NCBI GenBank assembly: GCA_934129945.1
Contig: CAKOXC010000002.1
Coordinates: forward strand, 157,664-221,663
DNA: 64,000 nucleotides
Source of the DNA: an uncultured Bacilli bacterium
GTDB lineage: Bacteria; Bacillota_I; Bacilli_A; RF39; UBA660
Reading direction: 5' to 3'
Shown here: positions 1 to 10,095 of the stretch, piece after piece
Layout: every line of letters starts with the position of its first letter
Numbering within the stretch: position 1 is the stretch's first letter
Program-made: the position numbers and the translations under genes
The notes under the pieces: model-generated
What the model was told of the DNA's origin: nothing
What the model saw: only the letters and a program-made list of their open reading frames with translations
Databases searched by the model: none

Positions 1-69
1 TTAACTTCCACCAAACGTTAACTCTCTTTAATTTTGTATATAATACTCCTCTTTTTCTTCGTTTTTACA
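1..69 (-). promoter_or_regulatory. 5' portion (stem I) of a T-box leader, truncated by the left window edge; the regulated gene lies outside the window
   Basis: Minus strand reads GAAGAAAAAGAGGAGTA...AAAGAGAGTTAACGTTTGGTGGAAGTTAA. This is colinear with stem I of the ileS T-box at 21470-21530 (GA motif AGAGNAGTA, AGAGA bulge, GGTGNAA distal loop). It is preceded by TTGATA-17-TAATAT at 76-104. Confidence 0.55.
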
Positions 70-90
70 AATTATATATTATCTTATTTT

Positions 91-1032
91 TTATAAAATA
101 TCAATAGTTTGTTTAACTTCATTATCAATTTTAATTTCTAGCTTATTATCGCTATTAACAGTAGTTTCTATGACACTCTCATCATTAGTAGTAAATGTAT
201 TTGAAACTATACTAAGTGTATTACCATCCAAAATATAATAATTATTATTAATATCTTTTACTTCAATATATTTTGAAATATAGTTTAAATATTTATAACT
301 TCCATTTAATCTAAATGTACCATTATAATTATAAAGATTATAATTATCATTTTTGGTAATAAAAGTTTTAGTATCAAAAGCCACTATTGGGTTTAGCATT
401 TTTTCAGTAAAAATTGCTTCATTAACATCAGTTAAGAACCAAGTATTATCTTTTTTTACTATAAATGTATCTGATGAAATTTTATTAGTTTCTAAGTCAA
501 CATCATTTTGTAACCCTATAAAATCATAAGTGAATGGAAAAATTGTTTTAACCTCACTATTAGAAATTTCAATTACTCCATATTTTCCAGTTACGCCAGC
601 AACTATATAATAATTATTATTTATACCAACGCCATAATTTTTAACACTTTTATACATTGCAACTGATTTATTATCTTTTACATCATACAGATTTATTAAA
701 CTAACATTATCTTTATAATCTGCTATAAAAGCATATCTATTACTAATTAATTTAGTATCACTTATATCACTCTTATAATAATTAATACTATAATCTTCAT
801 CATCAATTGTCTGTTTTGCATAAGAGCAATTTTTAAAATTACATTCATAATTTCCTATTAAATCGCCCATTTCATTATAAAAATACAATTTATTGTCATA
901 ATGAAATAATTTAGAAGGATTATCTACATTTTTAATTTCTTTATTATAAATAATTCCCATTACAGTTAGAGGCAATGTTATTACTAAAAGTATTATTGAT
1001 ATTACAAGTGCACCCTTTTTATACTTATTCAT
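91..1032 (-). CDS. membrane-anchored repeat protein, WG/KWG-like beta-repeat suspected; carries one copy of the module found twice in the upstream gene
   Basis: The ORF track gives 91-1083. I prefer the ATG at 1032 (MNKYKKG), which has a GGAGG SD 5 nt upstream and overlaps the upstream stop. There is one N-terminal TM helix, then GKYGVIEISNSEVKTIFPFTYDFIG, which resembles the WG-repeat consensus. Confidence 0.75.
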   Translation of the reverse strand: MNKYKKGALVISIILLVITLPLTVMGIIYNKEIKNVDNPSKLFHYDNKLYFYNEMGDLIGNYECNFKNCSYAKQTIDDEDYSINYYKSDISDTKLISNRYAFIADYKDNVSLINLYDVKDNKSVAMYKSVKNYGVGINNNYYIVAGVTGKYGVIEISNSEVKTIFPFTYDFIGLQNDVDLETNKISSDTFIVKKDNTWFLTDVNEAIFTEKMLNPIVAFDTKTFITKNDNYNLYNYNGTFRLNGSYKYLNYISKYIEVKDINNNYYILDGNTLSIVSNTFTTNDESVIETTVNSDNKLEIKIDNEVKQTIDIL

Positions 1033-3223
1033 TATTGCCTCCTTCGTTAGCTGTATTTTCACTACTATTTTGTGGTGTTTCAACTAAAGAATATACGCTA
1101 CTCATATAATTTCCATCTTTTAAAATACTAACATTGGCAGAAGTTGATACAAAAGATATTCTAAATGCTAAAGCTCCTTCGCCATAGTATTTATCACTTG
1201 CAAGTTGTATAGAATCTTTTATTAAAGGTTTTGATGGATCAGAATAAGCATAAATATTCAATTTATTTGTTGCATCTACAGTAGCAAAATAATTATCATA
1301 AAGCTCTATATATTTACTACCAGCAGTATTAATTTTATTTCCATTATAATCATAAACATAATACATATTATTCTCTATTGCTTTAATATATTTAGTATTA
1401 TATCCTCTAATCTTAGCATTAATTTTTTTAGAAATTTCTTTACCAGTTTTATCAACTAAAATATAACCATCATTATTAACCAAATAATAATTTCCAATTA
1501 TTTCTAATGAAGAATAATTAAATGGTAAAACTGAAGACACTCCACTATCACTAATTTTTACAATACCATATTTATTCTTATTATTTTTAGCTATTATATT
1601 TATATTAGATTCAGTTTGTAATGAAGGTTCATTAATATTAGTATTTAATGTTGAATTAACACTTAAATATTTAGAAATTATTTTTTTAGTACTTAAATCA
1701 TATAAAACAATATTTGTATTGCCTTCACTTACAGCATTTGGATTATCTTTTATAAAGACAAAGCGATGATTTAAAATTGGAATCATACCACTACTTGTTG
1801 TAGAAGACATATCATTATCAGATTTTAAAGTACTATCACTAGCAATATAACAATTTTCAAAACTAGTTGAATTTTCACTCAAAATATTTTTATTAGTACA
1901 TTTATATTCACCAATTAAATTAGTCTTATCAGAGTTATCATAGATATATAATATTCCATCAAAATAATTAACATATTTTGATGCTGCTGATATTTTTCCT
2001 TCTATTTTACTTACTACATAATCTTTAGAATCAATTGTAAGAGTTATAGAAGTGGTATTATCTTTAACTGAAAATGCTTCATAAGTATCACTTAATTTAT
2101 TATCATCATCGTAAATATATAATTTTTGATAATATTTGTATTTATTGTTTATATCAAAACCATTTTCAGTAAGTTTAGCTCCATCACTAGTATTTAAAAA
2201 TACCTTTTTATCTTTAATAAACAAATTATAGTCACTAAATAATTTTATATAATCAAAACTATCATCATATACTAGATTATTTTTATAATCATATAAATAA
2301 TATTTACCTTCATTATCAACTGCTACTAAGAATTTATCATTATAATTAACAATATCCATTGATATAGCTTTTGTTAATATTTTTTCATTAATATCAATTA
2401 AATAATTACGTCCACTTTCATTTGCAATAATATTTACTTTATCATTATCACTTATAATAGCTAAATTATCATAATTAAATTGTATTTTAGTAAGTACTTC
2501 ATCATTTAATTCGATGATTCCATAAGAACCAGTATAATCTTTTACAATAGCATAATTATCTTTAATATATTTAATTGCATTATATTCTTCTAAAGTTTTA
2601 CCATCTTTTATATCATACAAATTAACTTTTTCATCGTCTTCTTTTTTAGAATCATGGATAAAAACATATTTATCATTAATTATCGCAGATCTTGTATCAA
2701 GAATATTACCTTCTTCATCAATTTTTTTAGGATTATCTATTTTTTCGTCTTTTTCATAATATGCGACATAACATAATTTTTCATCTTTGTTTTTACAGTT
2801 ATATTTACCTAGTTCTTTGTCTTTATCACCTAAAATAATTAATTTACCATTTTCATAACGATAATTATCAACTTCTAAAATAACATCTTCTTTTTTCTCT
2901 ACTTTATTATCTTTTTTATTATTTAGTATTAAAAAAGTTATTAAACCGATTATTGTAAGTAATATAATTATCACAATTACTATAATTCCTATTTTTTTCT
3001 TTTTACTAAATGATTGCCATTTTTCTTTTATTTTATCCTTTAATTTTTTCTTTACTTTAACATCTTCAATATTATCAGTAAGTTTTTCAATTCCATCAAT
3101 TGTTTCTCCAACTCGATCTAAATCTTCATTTATCGATTGAATTTCTGAAGTAAAATCAAGAACATTATTTTCAATTTTTGGTAAATCATTTAATGTTTCT
3201 AATTCTTTTGTATTTTCGTCCAT
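1025..3223 (-). CDS. bitopic membrane protein: acidic cytoplasmic N-terminus, one TM helix, two extracellular WG-like modules
   Basis: 732-aa ORF with an AAAGGAG SD and TM segment IGIIVIVIIILLTIIGLITFLIL. Repeated motifs are GSYGIIELNDEVLTKIQFNYDNL and NKYGIVKISDSGVSSVLPFNYSSL. The paired-Cys segment (YNCKNKDEKLCY / YKCTNKN...FENCY) occurs twice. Confidence 0.8.
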   Translation of the reverse strand: MDENTKELETLNDLPKIENNVLDFTSEIQSINEDLDRVGETIDGIEKLTDNIEDVKVKKKLKDKIKEKWQSFSKKKKIGIIVIVIIILLTIIGLITFLILNNKKDNKVEKKEDVILEVDNYRYENGKLIILGDKDKELGKYNCKNKDEKLCYVAYYEKDEKIDNPKKIDEEGNILDTRSAIINDKYVFIHDSKKEDDEKVNLYDIKDGKTLEEYNAIKYIKDNYAIVKDYTGSYGIIELNDEVLTKIQFNYDNLAIISDNDKVNIIANESGRNYLIDINEKILTKAISMDIVNYNDKFLVAVDNEGKYYLYDYKNNLVYDDSFDYIKLFSDYNLFIKDKKVFLNTSDGAKLTENGFDINNKYKYYQKLYIYDDDNKLSDTYEAFSVKDNTTSITLTIDSKDYVVSKIEGKISAASKYVNYFDGILYIYDNSDKTNLIGEYKCTNKNILSENSTSFENCYIASDSTLKSDNDMSSTTSSGMIPILNHRFVFIKDNPNAVSEGNTNIVLYDLSTKKIISKYLSVNSTLNTNINEPSLQTESNINIIAKNNKNKYGIVKISDSGVSSVLPFNYSSLEIIGNYYLVNNDGYILVDKTGKEISKKINAKIRGYNTKYIKAIENNMYYVYDYNGNKINTAGSKYIELYDNYFATVDATNKLNIYAYSDPSKPLIKDSIQLASDKYYGEGALAFRISFVSTSANVSILKDGNYMSSVYSLVETPQNSSENTANEGGNNE

Positions 3224-3301
3224 AATAAAAACTCCTTTATCTTAATAAGATTATAACATAATTATAAAAGTAAAAAAAGATTATTTTTTACATATATTCA
3301 T

Positions 3302-3330
3302 TTGACTTTAATATATTTTTATAGTAAAAT
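3302..3330 (+). promoter_or_regulatory. sigma-A type promoter of rpmB
   Basis: TTGACT (3302-3307), 17-nt spacer, TAAAAT (3325-3330), about 34 nt upstream of the rpmB ATG. Confidence 0.6.
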
Positions 3331-3363
3331 CTTTAAAGAAGAGCGAAAGTTGAGGTGACTGAA

Positions 3364-3525
3364 ATGGCAACAAAAATAACAAATAAAAAACCTTTGTCAG
3401 TTAATTTAAGAAGTAAAGCATGTAATGCTACTAAAAGCAGACAAAAACCAAATTTACAAAAGAAAACAATTGATGGTAAAAAAGTAATTATTAGTTCTAG
3501 AGAAGCAAGAACTTTATCTAAATAA
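3364..3525 (+). CDS. rpmB: 50S ribosomal protein L28 (below the ORF-track length cutoff)
   Basis: GAGGTGA SD, then MATKITNKKPLSVNLRSKACNATKSRQKPNLQKKTIDGKKVIISSREARTLSK. This matches the L28 pattern (N.RS.A.NATK.R..PNLQK...V..S.R). It lies opposite rpe, as in the Bacillus yloA-rpmB region. Confidence 0.85.
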   Translation: MATKITNKKPLSVNLRSKACNATKSRQKPNLQKKTIDGKKVIISSREARTLSK

Positions 3526-3547
3526 TAGACATTAGTCTATTTTTTTT
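3526..3547 (+). terminator. intrinsic terminator of rpmB
   Basis: TAGAC-atta-GTCTA hairpin followed by a T8 run, immediately after the stop codon. Confidence 0.7.
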
Positions 3548-3580
3548 CATCAAAAACTCCCACATTTTTGTGAGAGTTTT
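3548..3580 (-). terminator. intrinsic terminator of the rpe operon
   Basis: Minus strand has ACTCTCACA-aaaa-TGTGGGAGT followed by TTTTT. The hairpin overlaps the rpe stop codon by 2 nt. Confidence 0.65.
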
Positions 3581-4217
3581 ATTTTCTTAATAAGTTAATT
3601 CTTTCATTGTAGTTTTCATGACGGCAAACATAAGATCCACTAACTATTATATTTGCTCCACTATCGCGACACTTTATTGCTGTATATTCATTTAAACCAC
3701 CATCAACACTAATCATAAATTTATAACCTTTATTATATTTTAAATCATTTAAATCTTCTACTTTTTCTAACATATCGAAAATAAATCTTTGACCTCCGGC
3801 ACCAGGTTCAACAGACATTATAAGTATCAAATCTATATCATTATAATATGGTTCTAGATATGATATATCAGTATTAGGTTTAATAGAAATACCAACCTTT
3901 ATACCATAAGATTTAATTAATTTAATTGTTTCTTTTATATCCGTTTTACTTTCTAAATGAAAAGTAATATATTCAGGTTTTAAAGTACTTAAATCTTTAA
4001 TATATTTTTCTGGCTCATAGACCATTAAATGAATATCTAATGGTTTTTTTGTATCTTTTAAATCTTCTAATGTTTCTTCTATATAAAAATTTCTTTTAGG
4101 AACAAACATTCCATCCATTAAATCAACATGAATCATATCAGCATTAGAATTATCAATTAATCTTATTGTACTTTTTTTATCAAAAATACTACTTAAATAT
4201 GACACAGATATTTTCAT
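3579..4217 (-). CDS. rpe: ribulose-phosphate 3-epimerase
   Basis: 212 aa with HVDLMDGMFVP and SVEPGAGGQ motifs typical of Rpe. Position after rsgA matches the conserved Firmicute operon. Confidence 0.9.
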   Translation of the reverse strand: MKISVSYLSSIFDKKSTIRLIDNSNADMIHVDLMDGMFVPKRNFYIEETLEDLKDTKKPLDIHLMVYEPEKYIKDLSTLKPEYITFHLESKTDIKETIKLIKSYGIKVGISIKPNTDISYLEPYYNDIDLILIMSVEPGAGGQRFIFDMLEKVEDLNDLKYNKGYKFMISVDGGLNEYTAIKCRDSGANIIVSGSYVCRHENYNERINLLRK

Positions 4218-4226
4218 GAGCCCTCC

Positions 4227-5051
4227 TTATTTCTTAATAAAGTTTAAATAATTTTCATATCTTGATTTTAAAATTATTCCTCTATCTACCTTATCTTTTA
4301 TTTCACATTGTTTTTCATTAATATGAAAACAATCACTAAATTTACAATTATTATCTCTAAATTCGATAAAACTATTTTTTATTTCTTCTTTAGAATAATT
4401 ACTAATATCTAATGATGAAAATCCTGGGGTATCGGCTATATACATTTTTTTGATTTCAAATAATTCTACATGACGAGTAGTATGTTTCCCTCTACCTAGA
4501 CTTTCTGATATTTCACCTGTTTTAAGATTTAAAACAGGTGATATCTTATTTAATAAAGTAGATTTGCCAGCACCTGTTTGGCCAGTAAATACTACAATAT
4601 TATTTTTTAATTCATTCATTAATTTTCTTACTTTTTTATTAGTAAATACTTTAATACCAATAGTTTTATAGTATTTAATTAATTTTTTTAGATCTTTTAG
4701 TTCTTCTTTATTTAATAAGTCCAATTTAGTAAAACATATTACTGGAACTATTTTATTAATTGTAATTAAGCTTATTAATTTATCCAGTAGATTTAAAGAC
4801 AAATCTGGTTTTTTTACACTTGTAACTATTACTGCCATATCTATATTAGCAATAAGTGGTCTTTCTAAAAAGTTCTTACGAGGTAAAATATCAATAATGT
4901 AACAATTTTTACAGTCAATAATACATCTATCCCCTACTACTGGTGTTATTTTATCATTACGAAATTTACCTCGAGCTTTACATTCATATACTTCATTATT
5001 AATTTTAACACTATAAGTATTACTTATTATTTTTATTATTTGACCTTCCAT
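4227..5051 (-). CDS. rsgA: ribosome small-subunit biogenesis GTPase RsgA/CpgA
   Basis: GQTGAGKSTLLN P-loop, GRGKHTTRH motif and a C-terminal Cys/His zinc motif. The ORF-track start at 5075 is a GTG. I prefer the ATG at 5051 (MEGQIIKI, like B. subtilis CpgA MPEGKIIK), which lies 1 nt after the pknB stop. Confidence 0.88.
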   Translation of the reverse strand: MEGQIIKIISNTYSVKINNEVYECKARGKFRNDKITPVVGDRCIIDCKNCYIIDILPRKNFLERPLIANIDMAVIVTSVKKPDLSLNLLDKLISLITINKIVPVICFTKLDLLNKEELKDLKKLIKYYKTIGIKVFTNKKVRKLMNELKNNIVVFTGQTGAGKSTLLNKISPVLNLKTGEISESLGRGKHTTRHVELFEIKKMYIADTPGFSSLDISNYSKEEIKNSFIEFRDNNCKFSDCFHINEKQCEIKDKVDRGIILKSRYENYLNFIKK

Positions 5052-5052
5052 A

Positions 5053-6798
5053 TTAACATAATCCTGTTTCTTCACAATTATCTGATTCTATTTTTGAAGG
5101 TGTTTTTGCTACTCTAATTTTTAAAGTAACACCTTCAGCTATAGTATAACCTTCAGGTTTATTTTGATAATAGATTGCTCCATCTTGATAATCACTTGTT
5201 TCAACTTCTTCAACTTCTAGTTTAATATTATGTTCATCACAGAATTTTTGAACTTCTGATACAGAGTAACTTCCATCAGTAAAATTAGGGAATTTACTAA
5301 TAATATCAGGAATATAAAGAGTAATTGTTTCACCTACTGAAAGTTTTTCTCCTTCAGCTACAGACTGTTCAATTATTTGACCATCTTTTATATTAGAATT
5401 TTCATCAACTTCTTTTTTCTCAATAACAACTCTAAGTCCTAAAGCTTCTAAAGCACCTTTAATTTCTAAATAATTTTTATCTTTATAGTTTTCTATTGTT
5501 ATTTTAGTATCCCCAACTGAAACATATAATGTTATTAAAGTGCCTTTTGTTCTCTTGCTACCAGCAGCTGGATTAGTTTTTACAATATTTCCTTCATCTA
5601 TATCAGTAGAAGATATTTCTTGCTGTTCATCACTAACTTTAAATCCAGCATTTTGTAATTCATCAATTGCTTTTGTTACAGACATATTAGTTACATCGGG
5701 AACTTTCAATTCTTTTCCCCCAGTTATAAGCGGTATTAATACAACAATTGAAGTAATTACTACTATAAGTCCTGTGAATATTGCCGCGAGTAAAACTACT
5801 AATTTATTTTGTTTTTTCAATTCTTCTGGAGTAATTTGTTTTGCTATAACTTCTTCACTACCTTCTTTTTGTTTTTTTGCTTTTGCATCTGGTTCTTTTA
5901 TTATTTTAACCATTTTAGTATCATCATAATTATTTTCAGAGTACTTAAATTGATATGGTGGTTCATTTTTTCTTGAATCATCTAAACAAGTAAGCAAGTC
6001 TTCATGCATTTCTCTTGCATCAGCATATCTATTTTTAATATTTTTAGCAGTAGCTTTTTTTATAATATTTTCTATACTATTTGGAATATTAGGTATTTCT
6101 TCTCTAATACTCGGAAGTGGTTCTTTTAAATGTTTTAATGCTATTTCTACAGCATTTTCACCACGATATGGCAATTTTCCTGTTAGAAGTTCATACATTA
6201 AAATTCCCATAGAATAAATATCGCTTTGCAATGTTGCACCTTTACCATTAGCTTGTTCTGGCGGAAGATAATGAACACTACCCATTACAGAATTTGTTTG
6301 AGTAAGTTGGGTTGCATTCATGGCCATAGCTATACCAAAATCAGTAATTTTTACAAGACCATTTTCTAAAATCATTATATTTTGTGGTTTTATATCGCGA
6401 TGAATTATATAGGAATCATGAGCAACACTCATACCATCTGTTATTTGTAACATTATATCTACAACTTCAGTAATTGTTAAATGTCCACGTTTTTTTAGTA
6501 ACTCTTTTAAATGTTTACCTTCTATATATTCCATTACTATATAATATTGGCCATTATCCTCTCCTACATCATAAACTTCCACAATATTTGGATGGTTAAG
6601 ACTTGAAGCTGATAAAGCTTCTCTTTGAAAACGTCTTACAAATTTTTCATCAGTCGCAAGGTCACCGCGTAATACTTTTACTGCTACATTTCTATCTAAT
6701 ATAGTATCATATGCAAGGTAAACATTAGCCATTCCACCTTCACCGATTGACTTAATTATTTGATAACGATCACTAATCTTTTGCCCCTTCATAATCAT
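5053..6798 (-). CDS. pknB: Ser/Thr protein kinase with one TM helix and three extracellular PASTA domains
   Basis: Hanks kinase motifs GEGGMANVY, HRDIKPQN and DFGIA; TM segment LVVLLAAIFTGLIVVITSIVVLI; three PASTA-like repeats. The start shows an ATGA overlap with the stp stop. Confidence 0.92.
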   Translation of the reverse strand: MIMKGQKISDRYQIIKSIGEGGMANVYLAYDTILDRNVAVKVLRGDLATDEKFVRRFQREALSASSLNHPNIVEVYDVGEDNGQYYIVMEYIEGKHLKELLKKRGHLTITEVVDIMLQITDGMSVAHDSYIIHRDIKPQNIMILENGLVKITDFGIAMAMNATQLTQTNSVMGSVHYLPPEQANGKGATLQSDIYSMGILMYELLTGKLPYRGENAVEIALKHLKEPLPSIREEIPNIPNSIENIIKKATAKNIKNRYADAREMHEDLLTCLDDSRKNEPPYQFKYSENNYDDTKMVKIIKEPDAKAKKQKEGSEEVIAKQITPEELKKQNKLVVLLAAIFTGLIVVITSIVVLIPLITGGKELKVPDVTNMSVTKAIDELQNAGFKVSDEQQEISSTDIDEGNIVKTNPAAGSKRTKGTLITLYVSVGDTKITIENYKDKNYLEIKGALEALGLRVVIEKKEVDENSNIKDGQIIEQSVAEGEKLSVGETITLYIPDIISKFPNFTDGSYSVSEVQKFCDEHNIKLEVEEVETSDYQDGAIYYQNKPEGYTIAEGVTLKIRVAKTPSKIESDNCEETGLC

Positions 6799-7541
6799 TC
6801 TTTCTCACCGCTTTCTATTACTAAATATGCAATTGAAATATTATCATTTCCACCTCTAATATTGCATTTTCTTATTAATTTAGTTACCTTTTCTTCTATT
6901 GTTAATTCATTATCATTTAGAACATTTTCTATTTGATCATTACTTAACATTGAAGTTAATCCATCACTACAAAGCAAAATTGCTTCACTCTTAGTATCTA
7001 CATCGAAGATGTCAGGTTCAACTTTTTCTGCTCCACCAAGTGCTTTCATCAAAACATTTTTCTTAGGATGATATTTTGCTTCTTCTTCTGTAATATCACC
7101 AGATTGAACTAAAAGATTTACTAGTGTATGGTCTTTTGTCACCTTATGAATTTCATTATTTTTCATTATAAATCCAGAAGAATCGCCAACATTTGCAAAT
7201 ATTAAATATTCTTTTGTTAAAAGCGCCATTACAGCTGTTGTTCCTAGTCCTTTAGAATTAGGATTTTCTTCAGCATATTTTAAGATTTCTTCATTAACTT
7301 CATTTATATTATCACGAATCCAATTAACGGCATCTAATTTTGAACCCATGCTACTTATTCCCATAAACCTTTTACCAAAATGAGTTACTACCATAGAAGA
7401 AGCAACTTCACCTGCTCTATGTCCACCCATTCCATCAGCTACAATCATTAAATATTCACCTGTAGCATTTTTTAATATTGTTACACTATCTTCATTATGA
7501 CTTCTAACTCTTCCTGCATCTGTTAAATAAAAGGATTTCAT
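6795..7541 (-). CDS. stp: PP2C-family Ser/Thr phosphatase
   Basis: RSHNEDS, ADGMGGH and GGNDNIS motifs. It is the conserved partner upstream of pknB. Confidence 0.9.
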   Translation of the reverse strand: MKSFYLTDAGRVRSHNEDSVTILKNATGEYLMIVADGMGGHRAGEVASSMVVTHFGKRFMGISSMGSKLDAVNWIRDNINEVNEEILKYAEENPNSKGLGTTAVMALLTKEYLIFANVGDSSGFIMKNNEIHKVTKDHTLVNLLVQSGDITEEEAKYHPKKNVLMKALGGAEKVEPDIFDVDTKSEAILLCSDGLTSMLSNDQIENVLNDNELTIEEKVTKLIRKCNIRGGNDNISIAYLVIESGEKE

Positions 7542-8561
7542 TTATTTCACCTCTTTGCTTCTTAATTGCCCACAAGCAGCAGATATTTTACCACCAAATT
7601 CTTTTCTAATTGTTACATTAATCTTATTTTGCTTTAAAATATCATAAAATTTAAATATTCTATTTTTGCTACTTCTTTTAAATTCTAAATGATTAGTTTC
7701 ATTATAGGGAATTAAATTTACATAAACATTCATTCCTTTTAATAGTTCTGCTAACTCTAAAGCATTACTCTCATTATCATTTACATTATCTAGCATAACA
7801 TATTCTATGGTTACTCGTCTATTGGTATATTGTATATATTCCTTAATACACGCTATTAAATCATAAATATTATACGCTTTATTTACATTCATTATGCGAC
7901 TTCTTAACTCATTATTTGAAGCATGTAATGATATTGCTAAATTTACTTGTAATGGTAACTTCATAAACTCTTTAATCTTAGGTATTAAACCACAAGTAGA
8001 AATAGTTATGTGGCGTGCTCCAATTGCTATACCTTTAGCATCATTTATTATTTTTATAAAACTAATAACATTATCATAATTATCTAATGGTTCTCCAATT
8101 CCCATAATAACAACGCTATCAATCCTAACATTTGCATCTTTTTCAACTAACAATATTTGCTCAACCATCTCATGAGTTTCTAAGTTTCTAACTTTTTTAA
8201 GTCTACCACTTTCACAAAAAGCACATCCCATATTACATCCAACTTGACTTGAAACACATATGCTTGTTCCATAATCATGCATCATTAATACTGCTTCTAT
8301 TTTTTCAAAGTCATTTAATTTAAATAAATACTTCCTGGTCAAATCATCTTTTTCTACTTTAACGATTTCAATACTATCAAAAGAAAAATCCTTAAGTATT
8401 TTATCTCTAATATCTTTTTTAATATTAGACCAGGAGTTTACATCACTATTTCTCTTTTCATAAAGCCATTCATATACTTGTGTAGCCTTAAACTTCTTTT
8501 CATTTATACTAGCAAAATAATCTTCTAAAGATTCTCTTGGATAATCATATATATTCTTCAT
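7542..8561 (-). CDS. rlmN: 23S rRNA/tRNA A2503 C2-methyltransferase, radical SAM
   Basis: CNMGCAFCESG radical-SAM cluster motif and C-terminal AACGQL. The ORF track extends to 8609. The ATG at 8561 (MKNIYDY) follows an AGGTGAG SD. Confidence 0.88.
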   Translation of the reverse strand: MKNIYDYPRESLEDYFASINEKKFKATQVYEWLYEKRNSDVNSWSNIKKDIRDKILKDFSFDSIEIVKVEKDDLTRKYLFKLNDFEKIEAVLMMHDYGTSICVSSQVGCNMGCAFCESGRLKKVRNLETHEMVEQILLVEKDANVRIDSVVIMGIGEPLDNYDNVISFIKIINDAKGIAIGARHITISTCGLIPKIKEFMKLPLQVNLAISLHASNNELRSRIMNVNKAYNIYDLIACIKEYIQYTNRRVTIEYVMLDNVNDNESNALELAELLKGMNVYVNLIPYNETNHLEFKRSSKNRIFKFYDILKQNKINVTIRKEFGGKISAACGQLRSKEVK

Positions 8562-8613
8562 TATCTCACCTATATACATTCTATCAAAAAATGAGTAATT
8601 TTTAAACAATTAC

Positions 8614-9441
8614 TCATCGATATCCAAATTTTTTTATAAATTTTTCTACTTGACTTTCGCTTCTTTTAACCAACTTATTAGTATAAGTATTTTCAACTAT
8701 TGGTGTAAGATCTACAACAACTTCCATATCACAAACTTCTGATTCACATATTGGATACATTGTAATTATTTCATTGTTATCCCTTAAACAAATCACTTTT
8801 ATAAAATTTGCTTTTTTGCCTTCTTGATTAACTCCAATACCTTCATATCTAAATATATACTTTTTAAATATAAAATCTGTAAACCTTGCATTTTCATCAT
8901 TAATATTATCTTTAACAAAATAAAATAAATCATTAACATTACAGTTATCATTAAAAATACTAGTTTTATCGTTATTTTTTTGATGTCTATTAATAACATA
9001 ATTTAAAGCTATTTCTTCATTATAATCAGAAATTTGATTATAAATATATCTTTCTTCTCCATTAAATGGTATATTACATTTTTTTAATAAATAACATTCA
9101 ATCACATTTATTTTAGAAATACTTTTAGATAATACATAGTTTTCTTCTTTATATAAATTATAAGCTTCTTGATATTCTCCAAGATTTAGTAAAATACTAA
9201 ATTTTTTTATAATTAAATAATTACGTAAGTCCATATTAACTATACGTCTTTCAAGTCTTTCATTAACATAACTTTTATATTTTTCAAAATTATTAGTTCT
9301 TAAAAGTTTATTTAAATAGTATCTTGTAGTAATTATATCATTTGGATAATATTCTAAATACTCTTCTAATTTTTTTAGCAATAAATTATCATCCGTGTCG
9401 GTTATTATTTTTTTTGCTTCTTTATTATTGTATTGTTTCAT
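8614..9441 (-). CDS. hypothetical protein occupying the slot normally held by rsmB
   Basis: 275-aa ORF in operon context. I recognise no motif; the N-terminal half looks helical-repeat (TPR-like). Confidence 0.7.
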   Translation of the reverse strand: MKQYNNKEAKKIITDTDDNLLLKKLEEYLEYYPNDIITTRYYLNKLLRTNNFEKYKSYVNERLERRIVNMDLRNYLIIKKFSILLNLGEYQEAYNLYKEENYVLSKSISKINVIECYLLKKCNIPFNGEERYIYNQISDYNEEIALNYVINRHQKNNDKTSIFNDNCNVNDLFYFVKDNINDENARFTDFIFKKYIFRYEGIGVNQEGKKANFIKVICLRDNNEIITMYPICESEVCDMEVVVDLTPIVENTYTNKLVKRSESQVEKFIKKFGYR

Positions 9442-9455
9442 TAATATCTCCGTTT

Positions 9456-10094
9456 TTATATGATTAAATTAAATTTCATTTCGTAGCTTACATCATTATT
9501 TATTATATTTATTTTATCAATATTATTTTGGTTAGTTGATATTTTGATAACATAATTATCACTAATATTATAAATGTACTCATTATTTTCTTTTAAAGTT
9601 TCATTAGTCATTTCATAGTTTTTTATTATTTCTAAAATACTAGGCAAATCAATATTTTTACGATACTCTTCATTTAATATTTCATTGTTTAATACTTCAT
9701 TATTATCTATTATTTGATAATAATTTTGGTCATGATAACTGAATTTTAATATATTATTGTTATTTTCGTAATAACCTGTAGTTATTTTAGATTTTACTGT
9801 TCCAGAGATATTTTCTATAATATTTTGATTTATTATCTTTATTTCAAATCCATAATCACTATCTATTAGTTTTTCTAACATTTTGGTAATATTAGCTTCA
9901 ACTACTTCTGTTTTTTTATTATTATCACTAGTATCATTATTTTTACTATTATTATGATTAAATAAAGAAGCTACTGTTAAAAACAAAAAAACAAAAGCAA
10001 AAAAGAAAAACCATAATCCTAATTTAATTATTGCTTTCTTTTGGGGATCTTTCCACATTTCTTTTAATGATTTTTTATTATCATTTTCTTTCAT
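9456..10094 (-). CDS. hypothetical membrane-anchored protein
   Basis: 212-aa ORF with N-terminal TM segment LGLWFFFFAFVFLFLTVASLF, followed by an N/D/S-rich linker and an extracytoplasmic domain. Confidence 0.7.
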   Translation of the reverse strand: MKENDNKKSLKEMWKDPQKKAIIKLGLWFFFFAFVFLFLTVASLFNHNNSKNNDTSDNNKKTEVVEANITKMLEKLIDSDYGFEIKIINQNIIENISGTVKSKITTGYYENNNNILKFSYHDQNYYQIIDNNEVLNNEILNEEYRKNIDLPSILEIIKNYEMTNETLKENNEYIYNISDNYVIKISTNQNNIDKINIINNDVSYEMKFNLII

Positions 10095-10095
10095 A

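Noticed and set aside
5540-5929. Plus-strand 129-aa ORF inside pknB, and similar antisense ORFs at 7894-8079, 10472-10669, 12892-13179, 15772-16008, 18685-18948, 20164-20358, 32283-32603, 33433-33681, 46690-46902, 53458-53643, 54926-55135, 61148-61345 and 63504-63797
   Set aside because: Each is wholly embedded antisense in a well-supported conserved gene, with no SD or motif. This is typical shadow-ORF behaviour in AT-rich DNA.
8799-8999. 66-aa same-strand ORF nested in another frame of the 275-aa gene
   Set aside because: It is an out-of-frame overlap with no SD and I/L/K-rich composition, consistent with a chance AT-rich ORF.
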